A stretch of 64,000 nt of DNA, taken from NCBI GenBank assembly GCA_965200965.1, contig OZ241744.1:64001-128000 (forward strand), read 5' to 3'. The stretch's first letter is position 1. Each line of letters opens with the position of its first letter. The notes under the pieces were generated by a model. That model was not told where the DNA came from, ran no database searches, and was given only the letters and a program-made list of their open reading frames with translations. Of the stretch, positions 1 through 9,617 are shown piece by piece. Source of the stretch: an uncultured Candidatus Binatia bacterium (GTDB lineage: Bacteria > Desulfobacterota > Binatia > Bin18). Position numbers and translations under genes: made by a program.

Positions 1-1466
1 TGGTCTGGACAGGGCGGCGGTTCCAGTCACCCGGTCGAAAACTGATTCCGTGGTCGGAGGTGATGACGAGCAGGGTTTGCTCATACAGGCCAGTTTGCTT
101 GAGATGGGCCGTCAGTTCTCCCAGCCAGGTATCAACAAAGCCAACCTGGAGCAGATGACGATAGTAGACCCGGAGGACTCCCCAGGGGTCGTCAAGGTAG
201 CGTTGGCCTATCAGGCCGGGGGTGCTGCCTTCCTGGCTATAGACCTTTCCGGACGGGAGGTAGTGATATGGGCCGTGGGGCAGGAGGAGATGAAGATAAT
301 ACAGCCGCGGCTGGTCTGTCGCCCGAATGGCTTGGATGAAGTCCCACGCCTGCGAGCGGCGCTTGGAAAGAAGGGTTTGGCGCACCATCCTGTCAAAAAA
401 TTGTGACTGGGCAGCGTGGCGGTTGGACGGCTCTTGGGCATTGACAAAGCCCATCCAATTCTGGGAAATCGCTGGAAGCGTGGCGCGGAGGTCCCGGGGC
501 AGGAGCAGGTGGAGATAGACAACCGTCAGGTCAGACAGCAGGGCGGGGAGACGCTGCCATGCAGAGCCTCCGGCCTGCGGGCATATGTGGGCTGGACAGA
601 GTTGGGTCAGGGTGCCAAACGCGTTGAGCTCATAGGGCCGGGCCAACAGCGTGAACATATTGTCGGGGTGGTCGGCGGCGTGGGGCAGGCGGCGTGCGGT
701 GTCAGGGTACTTGCCGGTCAGGATGGCTGGAACCGATCGGACGGTTACGGAACTGACGGTGGTGGTATTCCGAAACCAGGTTGCGTGCTGGGCCAGGGCC
801 GCAAAATTGGGATAGCGGACCGTGTCAATCTGCTGGTGTTCGTTGAGCAGGGAGACCAGAGGGAGTTCGTCCAGGATAATAAAAACAATGGGGGGTGGAG
901 TGGGAAGAGGTACACGCTCAGCCGGCACGGGGGGGGGGGGCAGCCGGAACGACGCTCCGAAAGGCAGGCGAGGCAAACACAAACAGGCCCGGAAAAATCA
1001 GCACTGCCGGAGACAGCAGGCTGAAGAACTGCCGAACGGGCAGAAAAAAGACATAAGCCAGCGCGGCCACCCCTCCGCACAACAGCGCTCCGGCAGCGAG
1101 GAGCGTACCCGGCAGGGCGATGGGGTGCAGGGCAGGGAGCACTGTGGCCGCCACCCCCCCGGCAATAAGCGCGCTATGGACCCAGCGTCTCAGCCGGTGG
1201 CTGAGGAGACCGGTGATTCTCTCCACGCCTGTCAAACCGAGCGGGAGGAGCACGCAGAGTATGACGACCAGAGCGGCACTGTCTTGCCAGGTAGCGTGCC
1301 GGAAGACAAAAAACTCGGCTTGGCGCGCCAGCAACTCAAAGAGGGGCTGTGCAATGGCAAAGCCCACTATGACAAAAACGTGCAGGCTGGCCGCATAGGC
1401 CGTCTCTCTCTTCTGCACGGTTGCGGGTGGGTGGGATGGGTGGTGTTCAGGTTTTTGGCTGGCCAT
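1..1466 (-). pseudogene. Membrane-anchored sulfatase/alkaline-phosphatase-fold transferase, copy 1; frameshifted at a G12 tract (929-940); 3' end lies outside the window
   Basis: Near-identical to 4139-5531. After 'cac', copy 1 has 12 G where copy 2 has 8 nt (gggagggg), a net +4 that shifts the frame. The downstream frame stays open where checked (LSDLTVVYLHLLLPRD...). Could be phase-variable or a homopolymer sequencing error. Confidence 0.75.
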
Positions 1467-2922
1467 AGTAGAGGATGCGCGTACCTGAGGCCAAGGCTTG
1501 ACGCTCGCGGATAGCAAAAGCGGCGGATAAGCAGCGCTCAAAATACGCCGTCTCATAGTCCGCATGGTGGTCGTCTTTGCGGCGGAGCAAGGTCTGGACC
1601 ATAGGGTCCTCGCGGGTGATGAACTCAATGACCACCGCGGCCCCAGAGCCTGCCAGCCAGGCGATGCAGTCGGAGAGAGGAATATTGGCCCCGATCACCA
1701 GATGGTGAATGAGGGCCAGACCCAGGATGAGGTCGGGTCGGGCCCGACGGTCGAGGGCCTTGCGTTCTGTCCCCCGCCAGCCGAGGTTTGGTGCCGGATC
1801 GGCCAGATTGCTGACCAGGGGCAGAATCGTGGTTTCCCCGTCCGCCTTCAATTCCTGGTAGAGCCGTTCTATGACCAGGCTATCGACATCCAGGGCAACG
1901 ACTGTGGTAGCGTTTTGGGCTGCAATGCGTGAGAACGTGCCGGTGTTGCAGCCCAGATCCCAGACCATTGGCCAGGGCCGCGAGTGGATCACGCGGCGGA
2001 CAAAATCGGCTTTTCGGGTCTGCTCGCTCTCCGTGTACGGAAGTTGGTGGGTATACGCCGCCCATGTTGAGCGTGAGCGCTTCCAACTCAGACGCCGGAT
2101 CAGTTTTATCAAACGACCGACATTGGCTTGAATCACGGCCGTATGAAAGCCGGCCCGGCGCAGCTCGTGTTTGAGGTTCTGTTGACGACCGGGTTTGCCC
2201 GGACGCGCCGGCTGAGCAGAGTCGGCATACCGGGCTTGGGCTTTGGCCTGCAAATACACATGGCTGAACACGCCGGGCCGCAGCAGGTCACGCACCGACA
2301 TGAGCCCGTGACAGTCTTGGGCGGTAATGCCTTCAAGACTCCCGCGCAGCCAGGCGTGAAAGGGGAGGTCTTTATACGCCTGGAGGAGGAGCGGAAACAG
2401 AAATAATTGACAGAACTGCCGATAGCCCACCCAGGGTTCTCCAGGGCACAACCGGGTAAAAGAGGGGAGGTCGATAAAAAGCGGGCGGCTGCCGACCCAC
2501 TGGACATTGTAAGGCGAGGCGTCTTTGAGAATCATACCCTCGGCTAAGGCGTCACGCAGCAACTCCAACTGGAGCAAAGCGGCGTCCTTGAGCATACCAA
2601 ACGCCCATTCGTAGGGATAGGAAACAACCGGGAGCTTGGGGTGTTTGAGGGCAGCGACCCAGGGGCTTGCGGGAGACGGGCGTTCTGATGCGGCAAACTC
2701 AGGGCTGAGGTCCCGGAAATGGAGCGGATCAAGCTGCTCGGTCTGGACAATTTTCCCGGCGTTGTGCCAGCGCTGAAAAAAGGTGGTTCGGGTCAGCTGA
2801 TTCCAGTCGGCCAGGGCCGGCGCGGTCAGTGTTCGCACTACCGTGTCTGCCTGATAAAAAACGCGGCTCGTGCGGTCGCGGAACGAGCCGGGCTCAGACC
2901 TGATCTCATCAGAAAAAGACAT
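1447..2922 (-). CDS. NoeA-like protein: N-terminal kinase-like region plus class I SAM-dependent methyltransferase
   Basis: Start MSFSDEIRSEPGSFRD; SAM motif VWDLGCNTG; N-terminal LKDASPYNVQW...FIDLPSF motifs. Confidence 0.8.
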   Translation of the reverse strand: MSFSDEIRSEPGSFRDRTSRVFYQADTVVRTLTAPALADWNQLTRTTFFQRWHNAGKIVQTEQLDPLHFRDLSPEFAASERPSPASPWVAALKHPKLPVVSYPYEWAFGMLKDAALLQLELLRDALAEGMILKDASPYNVQWVGSRPLFIDLPSFTRLCPGEPWVGYRQFCQLFLFPLLLQAYKDLPFHAWLRGSLEGITAQDCHGLMSVRDLLRPGVFSHVYLQAKAQARYADSAQPARPGKPGRQQNLKHELRRAGFHTAVIQANVGRLIKLIRRLSWKRSRSTWAAYTHQLPYTESEQTRKADFVRRVIHSRPWPMVWDLGCNTGTFSRIAAQNATTVVALDVDSLVIERLYQELKADGETTILPLVSNLADPAPNLGWRGTERKALDRRARPDLILGLALIHHLVIGANIPLSDCIAWLAGSGAAVVIEFITREDPMVQTLLRRKDDHHADYETAYFERCLSAAFAIRERQALASGTRILYYGQPKT

Positions 2923-2956
2923 GGGCCACGCCTGAGCCGAAGCGTAGACCGGGAGG

Positions 2957-3196
2957 CTATTCCCGCTCGCTCGCCTGAGCGTCTTCGCTCTTCGGGTCTT
3001 TCGTTTGGTCAACACCGAACACGCGCAGGAAACGCTGCCAGTACAGCTTGAGCAAAACGGCCAGACCAGCCATCCCGCCGAGCACGAGTTGCAGGAACAT
3101 GCTGCCGCTGCCCGGATCGAGATAGGCGTGGGCAGCGCGTGGAAAGCCACAGGTCATCCCTGTCAACACTGCAAGGAACAGCCCTCTTCTCTGCAT
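2957..3196 (-). CDS. Small membrane protein with AYLDPGSGS motif
   Basis: Signal-like N-terminus, AHAYLDPGSGSMFLQ, one hydrophobic helix, GGAGG RBS; directly upstream of the NoeA-like gene. Confidence 0.7.
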   Translation of the reverse strand: MQRRGLFLAVLTGMTCGFPRAAHAYLDPGSGSMFLQLVLGGMAGLAVLLKLYWQRFLRVFGVDQTKDPKSEDAQASERE

Positions 3197-3386
3197 AGTC
3201 CCCTCCTGATCGCAACTCGCCTGGTGCTGCATCCGTAGTTGTGCTGTGGGAGCGAATTGGCCTCAGCACCGACGGCTCTCTCTCCTATCACGGGCTGCCA
3301 AGATTGAAAAGAGGGAGATTGAGGGGCCGGGGCAGAGAGGAGAACCGCTGCGGGACTGTCCCGCTGCCGCCGGGTCTGGCATGGTA
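3154..3386. repeat. Direct repeat of about 230 bp, second copy at 5584-5815 (5' part and upstream region of the small AYLDPG gene)
   Basis: tcatccctgtcaacactgcaaggaacagccc...gggtctggcatggta is present at both positions with scattered substitutions. Confidence 0.9.
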
Positions 3387-5531
3387 GCCTCGGAGTGCGT
3401 GGGGACGAATGGGAAAGGTTGTCCCGTCTGAGGCCACCACTGCGGTCTGGGCCAAGCGGTAGTGGACTCTGGCGGGGCAGGCCAAGGCTGTCTGGCCGGC
3501 AGCCTCGGTGATAACACACACCTCAACCGTATTGCGGCCCGCCCGAAAAGCGGCTTCCGGGACAAGGGCCGACCAGCTCCCGGGCCGGCCGTACACTGGA
3601 ACGCTCCACGGCTGCGTCGTCGCCTGGATCGTGCCATTGACCGCCACAGCAAGGGAGAAGGGCGAGTCGCCATTGAGCGGCGGAGAGACCCCGCCGGTGA
3701 TATGAGCGGGCACGAAGTCGGATTGGAGGTCCACCGTGGCAAAGCGATCAGGCCGGTCAATCTGAATCTGGACCTTGGTGTGGACGCTGCTGAACTCTTC
3801 AAGCCGGTGGCCGAGGAGTTGCGGGGCGGGGCCGGGGGCAGGTGGAAAGGGCGTCTCAGAGCCAAACAGACGGTGCTGGCGTTGGACTGCGCGCTCTCGG
3901 GCCTTGGCTAAGCCGTCGAAGGCCACGGTTCTGCCATGATCTGCAAAAATCCGGCGTCTCCGCTCGGGGCACGGCCCCAAGGCCGAGCAGCCCTCGGCTT
4001 CCCAGGGCAGTTCCACCCCGAGCATGGCGGCAAGGGTCGGCAGAATATCAATCGTTTCCAGCGGCCTGTCGTTGATGCGGCCTGTCCGTTGGAAGGGAGC
4101 TTTGATGAAGAGGGGGACGGGCATAATGTCTTGGAAGGTGGTCTGGACAGGGCGGCGGTGCCAGTCACCCGGTCGAAAACTGACCCCGTGGTCGGCGGTG
4201 ATGACGAGCAGGGTTTGCTCATACAGGCCAGTTTGCTTGAGATGGGCCGTCAGTTCTCCCAGCCAGGTATCAACAAAGCCAACCTGGAGCAGATGACGAT
4301 AGTAGACCCGGAGGACCCCCCAGGGGTCGTCAACACGGATCGTGGGCGTCATGTCGGGGCTGACCGCTTCTTGGGAATAGACCTTTCCGGACGGGAGGTA
4401 GTGATATGGGTCGTGGGGCAGGAGGAGATGAAGATAATACAGCCGCGGCTGGTCTGCCGCCTGAATGGCTTGGATGAAGTCCCGCGCCTGCGAGCGGCGG
4501 TCGGGCAGCAGATCTCCAGGTATCCCCGTCCGGGAAATCTTTGGAAGCGGGGCGCTGAGGTCCCGGGGCAGGAGTCTGTAGCAATACGCAAGGGCAAGGT
4601 CAGACAGCAGGGCGGGGAGACGCTGCCATGCAGAGCCCCCGGCCGGCGGGCATATGTGGGCTGGACAGAGATGGGTCAGGGTGCCGAACGCGGCGATCTC
4701 ATAGGGCCGGGCCAACAGCGTGAACACATTGTCGGGGTAGTCAGTGGCGTGGGGCCGGCGGTGGTCGTAGGCAGGGTACTTGCCGGTCAGGATGGCTGGA
4801 ACCGATCGGACGGTTACGGAACTGACGGTGGTGGTATTCCGAAACCAGGTTGCGTGCTGGGCCAGGGCTGCAAAATTGGGATAGCGGACCGTGTCAATCT
4901 GCTGGTGTTCGTTGAGCAGGGAGACCAGGGGGAGTTCGTCCAGGATAATAAAAACAATGGGGGGTGGAGTGGGAAGAGGTACACGCTCAGCCGGCACGGG
5001 AGGGGCAGCCGGAACGACGCTCCGAAAGGCGGGCGAGGCAAACACAAACAGGCCCGGAAAAATCAGCACTGCCGGAGACAGCAGGCTGAAGAACTGCCGA
5101 ACGGGCAGAAAAAAGACATAAGCCAGCGCGGCCACCCCTCCGCACAACAGCGCTCCGGCAGCGAGGAGCGTACCCGGCAGGGCGATGGGGTGCAGGGCAG
5201 GGAGCACTGTGGCCGCCACCCCCCCGGCAATAAGCGCGCTATGGACCCAGCGTCTCAGCCGGTGGCTGAGGAGACCGGTGATTCTCTCCACGCCTATCAA
5301 ACCGAGCGGGAGGAGCACGCAGAGTATGACGACCAGAGCGGCACTGTCTTGCCAGGTAGCATGCCGGAAGATAAGGAACTCGTCATGGCGCGCCATCATG
5401 TCAAAGAGGGGCTGTGCAATGGCAAAGCCCACTATGACAAAAACGTGCAGGCTGGCCGCATAGGCCGTCTCTCTCTCCTGCACGGTTGCGGGTGGGTGGG
5501 ATGGGTGGTGTTCAGGTTTTTGGCTGGCCAT
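3288..5531 (-). CDS. Membrane-anchored sulfatase/alkaline-phosphatase-fold transferase (LtaS/EptA-like superfamily), copy 2
   Basis: Several N-terminal TM helices, IILDELP, putative Thr nucleophile in SSVTVRSVPAILTG, HLLLPHDPY, ITADHG, ETIDILPT; C-terminal Ig-like region. Confidence 0.85.
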   Translation of the reverse strand: MASQKPEHHPSHPPATVQERETAYAASLHVFVIVGFAIAQPLFDMMARHDEFLIFRHATWQDSAALVVILCVLLPLGLIGVERITGLLSHRLRRWVHSALIAGGVAATVLPALHPIALPGTLLAAGALLCGGVAALAYVFFLPVRQFFSLLSPAVLIFPGLFVFASPAFRSVVPAAPPVPAERVPLPTPPPIVFIILDELPLVSLLNEHQQIDTVRYPNFAALAQHATWFRNTTTVSSVTVRSVPAILTGKYPAYDHRRPHATDYPDNVFTLLARPYEIAAFGTLTHLCPAHICPPAGGSAWQRLPALLSDLALAYCYRLLPRDLSAPLPKISRTGIPGDLLPDRRSQARDFIQAIQAADQPRLYYLHLLLPHDPYHYLPSGKVYSQEAVSPDMTPTIRVDDPWGVLRVYYRHLLQVGFVDTWLGELTAHLKQTGLYEQTLLVITADHGVSFRPGDWHRRPVQTTFQDIMPVPLFIKAPFQRTGRINDRPLETIDILPTLAAMLGVELPWEAEGCSALGPCPERRRRIFADHGRTVAFDGLAKARERAVQRQHRLFGSETPFPPAPGPAPQLLGHRLEEFSSVHTKVQIQIDRPDRFATVDLQSDFVPAHITGGVSPPLNGDSPFSLAVAVNGTIQATTQPWSVPVYGRPGSWSALVPEAAFRAGRNTVEVCVITEAAGQTALACPARVHYRLAQTAVVASDGTTFPIRPHALRGYHARPGGSGTVPQRFSSLPRPLNLPLFNLGSP

Positions 5532-5851
5532 AGTAGAGGATGCGCGTACCTGAGGCCAAGGCTTGACGCTCACGGATAGTAAATCATCCCTGTCAACACT
5601 GCAAGGAACAGCCCTCTTCTCTGCATGGTCCTCTCCTGATCGCGGCTCGCCTGGTGCTGCATCCGCAGTTGCGCTGTGGGAGCGAATGGGCCTCAGCGCC
5701 GGCGGCTCTCTCTCCCATCAGGGCTGCCAAGATTGAAAAGAGGGAGGTTGAGGGGCCGGGACAGAGAGGAGAGCCGCTGCGGGGCTATCCCGCTGCCGCC
5801 GGGTCTGGCATGGTATGGGACAGAACATCTTTCGTTCCTATCCGGCACCTG

Positions 5852-7276
5852 ATGACAGATGATACTGCTACACCGTGTCTCTTATTGATCGTGCCCTGGC
5901 TGGAAATGGGTGGGGCGGACAAGTTCAATCTGGACCTGCTCCGGCAGCTGCGCCAACGGGGATGGCAGGTGTTGATCGCAGCGACCTTGCCCTCCACCCA
6001 CCCCTGGTTGGCCCGGTTTGCCCGCTATGGCCAGGATATTTTTCTGTTCGATCAACAGCAACGGATGGCCGACTATCCCGCTTTTCTACGCGAGTTGATC
6101 CAGACGCGGGGAGTTGATGTCGTGCTGATTGCCAATAGCGAACTCGGCTATCTGCTCCTGCCATACCTGCGGGCCGAGTGTTCGGACGTGACGTTTGTCG
6201 ATTTTTGCCACATGGAAGAGCACGCCTGGAAACGCGGTGGCTACCCCCGGATGTCGGTTGAACACCAGGACTTGCTTGACTTGCAGCTCGTCTCTTCTGA
6301 CCATCTGCGTGGCTGGATGGTTGACCGTGGAGCCGACCCTGAGCGTATCCGGGTGTGTTACACCAATATTGATCCGGCTGAATGGCGGCCCGACCCTGAG
6401 CGGCGCAAACGGGTTCGTCATGCTCTGCTGGCCGTTCCTGAACACGGTCAGGAAGACGCCCGGGATCCGGGCCCCCCGATCATCTTGTACGCCGGACGCA
6501 TGTGCGCCCAGAAACAGCCGCGCGTGTTTCTGGAGACGGTCCGACACCTGAAGGTCGGTGCTGACCGCTTTGTGGCAGTGGTAGCCGGTGATGGGCCCGA
6601 GTTTGCCCGGCTGCGAAGCGAGCTCAGCCGCTCTGGTCTGGCCGACCGGGTGCGTTTGCTGGGAGCGGTTTCAAACGCGCGGATTCGAGACCTGATGAGC
6701 GCAGCCGATATCTTTTTCCTGCCCTCCCGATGGGAGGGCATTGCCGTGTCGATCTTTGAGGCGATGGCCTGTGGGCTGCCGGTTGTGGGGGCGGATGTGG
6801 GCGGCCAGCGGGAACTCCTGACCCCGGAGTGCGGGCTGCTGGTATCGCCAGGCCCTGCCGGAACGGGAAGCGCAGCTCGTCAATACGCGCCTCTCCTGGC
6901 CGACCTGCTGAGCGACCCCCAACGCCGGGCGGCCCTCGGCCGGGCGGCGCGGCAGCGCGTCTGCCAGCATTTTCGGCTTGAGCAGATGGGCGAGCGCATG
7001 GCCGGTGTGCTCCAGGAGGCGCGGGACCTGCATATCAGCCAGCCCCGTCCCCTCCCCGATGCGCACTTCGGCCAGCTCCGAGCGGCGCGGACCGTGCGCT
7101 ATTTGCGCTTCCAGGCCCTGGTACGACGCCTGGTGTCTCCGACCATACGGGCGGCCCTGGACAAAAAGCTCCACTGGCTCCTGCCGGTCAGGGAAACCGC
7201 CGAGCGGGTCTTGCTGCGAGAGGTCTGGAGAGATGGGCCTGTCATGCGCCAGCTACCCCCACACAAGACACCATGA
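5852..7276 (+). CDS. Glycosyltransferase family 4
   Basis: MGGADKFN, YAGRMCAQKQP, PSRWEGIAVSIFEAMACGLPVV (EX7E); start uncertain (5810 or 5852). Confidence 0.9.
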   Translation: MTDDTATPCLLLIVPWLEMGGADKFNLDLLRQLRQRGWQVLIAATLPSTHPWLARFARYGQDIFLFDQQQRMADYPAFLRELIQTRGVDVVLIANSELGYLLLPYLRAECSDVTFVDFCHMEEHAWKRGGYPRMSVEHQDLLDLQLVSSDHLRGWMVDRGADPERIRVCYTNIDPAEWRPDPERRKRVRHALLAVPEHGQEDARDPGPPIILYAGRMCAQKQPRVFLETVRHLKVGADRFVAVVAGDGPEFARLRSELSRSGLADRVRLLGAVSNARIRDLMSAADIFFLPSRWEGIAVSIFEAMACGLPVVGADVGGQRELLTPECGLLVSPGPAGTGSAARQYAPLLADLLSDPQRRAALGRAARQRVCQHFRLEQMGERMAGVLQEARDLHISQPRPLPDAHFGQLRAARTVRYLRFQALVRRLVSPTIRAALDKKLHWLLPVRETAERVLLREVWRDGPVMRQLPPHKTP

Positions 7277-8166
7277 GTTGCCCGGATGCCAAAACCCCTT
7301 CCGAGCCCGCGGCTGTCCACGCGCAGCCGACAGAGGTCCACGTTTCGGTTGTCATCCTGACCTGGAACTCCGAGCGGCAGATTGTGGCCTGCCTGGCCTC
7401 CCTGGCCCAAGGGCTGTGCATATGTCCCGCTGAGGTCATTGTGGTTGACAACGGCTCACAGGATCAGACCTGTGCCGTTGTCCAAAACGCCCTGCCCAGC
7501 GTGCGGCTGGTGCGCAACGCCAAAAACCGTGGCGTTGCCTCGGCTCGGAATCAGGGCGTCCGCTTAGCGCGTGGCCAGTATATCATCGTTCTGGACGACG
7601 ACACGATTGTCCAGCCAGGGGCTTTGGACTCCCTCGTCTGCTATATGGCCGCACGGCCTGAAGTCGGGCTGTGCGGCCCTAAACTGACCGCAGCCGACGG
7701 CAGTCTCCAGTTCTCCTGTCGGCTGTTCCCGACCTTGGCCGATAAACTGGCCCGGCGTCTGCCTTCAGCCGCGGCGCAAAAAATCGTCTCCGCCTCTGAA
7801 ATGGCCGACTGGGATCACAACACGGCCCGTGAGGTGGACTATGTGATCGGTGCCTGCCAGGTTATCCGCCGCCGCGCCCTGCACACAGTAGGGATGCTTG
7901 ACGAATATATTTTCTATGGTCCAGAAGATGTCGATCTGTGTCTGCGGCTGCAACAGGCCGGCTGGCGGGTAGTGTATGTGCCTGATGCGGTCGTTGTGCA
8001 TCAGGAGCGACGGCGGACCAACTCCGTGTGGTCCGGTCTGACCTGGAAGCATATGAGGAGCGTCGGCTATTTTTTCTGGAAGCACGGCTACCTGCTGTCC
8101 CGCAAAAAGCTCTACGCGCGGATTGCCCAGTCTCGGGCGCGCAGTCAGGTCCGGAGGCAGGGGTGA
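7273..8166 (+). CDS. Glycosyltransferase family 2 (WbbL-like)
   Basis: VSVVILTWN, VVDNGSQD, LDDD, EDVDLCLR motifs. Confidence 0.9.
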   Translation: MSCPDAKTPSEPAAVHAQPTEVHVSVVILTWNSERQIVACLASLAQGLCICPAEVIVVDNGSQDQTCAVVQNALPSVRLVRNAKNRGVASARNQGVRLARGQYIIVLDDDTIVQPGALDSLVCYMAARPEVGLCGPKLTAADGSLQFSCRLFPTLADKLARRLPSAAAQKIVSASEMADWDHNTAREVDYVIGACQVIRRRALHTVGMLDEYIFYGPEDVDLCLRLQQAGWRVVYVPDAVVVHQERRRTNSVWSGLTWKHMRSVGYFFWKHGYLLSRKKLYARIAQSRARSQVRRQG

Positions 8167-9614
8167 GGAGCCACACGCTCTACTCCTCAACGCTGCTGCT
8201 CGGGCTCCTGACCGCCGACCTGGTGTGTGTCGGCGGAGCATACGCGATGGCGTTTGCCTTCCGTTTTGTTCTGCCGCTGCCCTTCACCACCGAGTTGCTG
8301 CCGGCTGAGCGCCTCATTGAGGTGCGCCATCCCATCGTCTTCCTTCTCGTCACCCAGGGATGGGTCTTGTACTTTCTGGGTCTTTACGATCTGCATGGCT
8401 TGCATCTGCGCGCCCGGGTCCTGCCCCGGGCGCTGGCCGCCGGCGGGCTGCAATTGCTGCTGACCACGGCCTGGTATTTTTTTCGGGGCGATGTTTTTTT
8501 CCCCCGTTCCGTGCTGGTGCTCTTCTGGCTCTTTAACGCGGTGATGATCGGCGTCCTGCGCCTGGGCGTCCTGCACCGGCTGGGACGGGTCCGCCCGTTG
8601 CGGATTCTGCTGGTCGGGACGCCCACGGAGGCGCGAGCTTTTCTCAATGTTCTGCCCGCGGTGCGGCCCCGGCCCGAGATTGTGGGCCTGGTCAGCCTCT
8701 CCGGGCTGAACGGCCAGGCCGCGCACGAGGACGACCGGCCGGCGCTTGCCGACCTGGAGGTCCCCTGGCTGGGGGACGCGACAGCGTTGGAACGGATTGT
8801 CCAGGGTGTGGGCGCTGATGATATCATCCTGCTGGCCTCCACAACCTGGAAAGATACCTTTGTTGAACGCCTGCTCGGCCTGCCGATGCGGCCTGCTGCG
8901 TCCCTGGATGAGGCTGACAGACGCCCCCGGGTGCTGGTTGTGCCTTCGGTGTACGATATCCTGGTGGGGCGGGTCGCCTCGGTCCGGCTGCACGACATGC
9001 CCCTGGTTGAAGCGCTCAAAGACCCGTACGACGACCTGGCCTTCGTCGTCAAGGGCATCCTTGACCGGGTGCTTGCGGCCGGGCTGCTGGTGCTGAGTCT
9101 GCCCGTCCTGGGTCTGGCCTCGGCCGGCCTGGCCGCCACCTCCCCGGGACCGATTGTGTACCGCCAGCGGCGCGTCGGCAAAGACGGCAGGGAGTTCACC
9201 CTGTACAAGTTACGCACCATGATTGACCGGGCTGAAGAAGAGACCGGGCCGGTCCTGGCCGGCCGGACCGATCCGCGCGTGACCCGGATAGGCCGTCTCT
9301 TGCGTAAGAGCCGTATTGATGAGCTCCCGCAGCTCTGGAACATCCTGAACGGTACGATGAGCCTGGTCGGCCCCCGGCCCGAGCGGCCCGAGTTTGTCAA
9401 AGACTTCCTGTGCAGTGTGCCGGGCTACGCTGAGCGATTCCAGGTCAAACCCGGCTTGACCGGGCTGGCCCAGATCAACGGCGAGTACCACACTACCCCG
9501 GAATACAAGCTCAAATACGACCTGGCCTATATGTACAACTACTCGGTGTGGCTCGATGTCCGTATTCTGGCCGATACGATCAAGGTCGTGCTGACCCGCC
9601 AGGGCAGCGCCTGA
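8163..9614 (+). CDS. Polyprenyl-phosphate priming sugar transferase (WcaJ/WbaP family)
   Basis: Four N-terminal TM helices; KLRTM, RIDELPQLWNILNGTMSLVGPRPERP, VKPGLTGLAQING; GTG start overlaps the GT2 stop. Confidence 0.9.
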   Translation: MRSHTLYSSTLLLGLLTADLVCVGGAYAMAFAFRFVLPLPFTTELLPAERLIEVRHPIVFLLVTQGWVLYFLGLYDLHGLHLRARVLPRALAAGGLQLLLTTAWYFFRGDVFFPRSVLVLFWLFNAVMIGVLRLGVLHRLGRVRPLRILLVGTPTEARAFLNVLPAVRPRPEIVGLVSLSGLNGQAAHEDDRPALADLEVPWLGDATALERIVQGVGADDIILLASTTWKDTFVERLLGLPMRPAASLDEADRRPRVLVVPSVYDILVGRVASVRLHDMPLVEALKDPYDDLAFVVKGILDRVLAAGLLVLSLPVLGLASAGLAATSPGPIVYRQRRVGKDGREFTLYKLRTMIDRAEEETGPVLAGRTDPRVTRIGRLLRKSRIDELPQLWNILNGTMSLVGPRPERPEFVKDFLCSVPGYAERFQVKPGLTGLAQINGEYHTTPEYKLKYDLAYMYNYSVWLDVRILADTIKVVLTRQGSA

Positions 9615-9617
9615 AGC

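Noticed and set aside
3936-5579. 547-aa plus-strand ORF and other long antisense ORFs (e.g. 10963-12417, 29178-30179, 30636-31643)
   Set aside because: These are shadows of well-supported opposite-strand genes in high-GC DNA and have no recognisable motifs.
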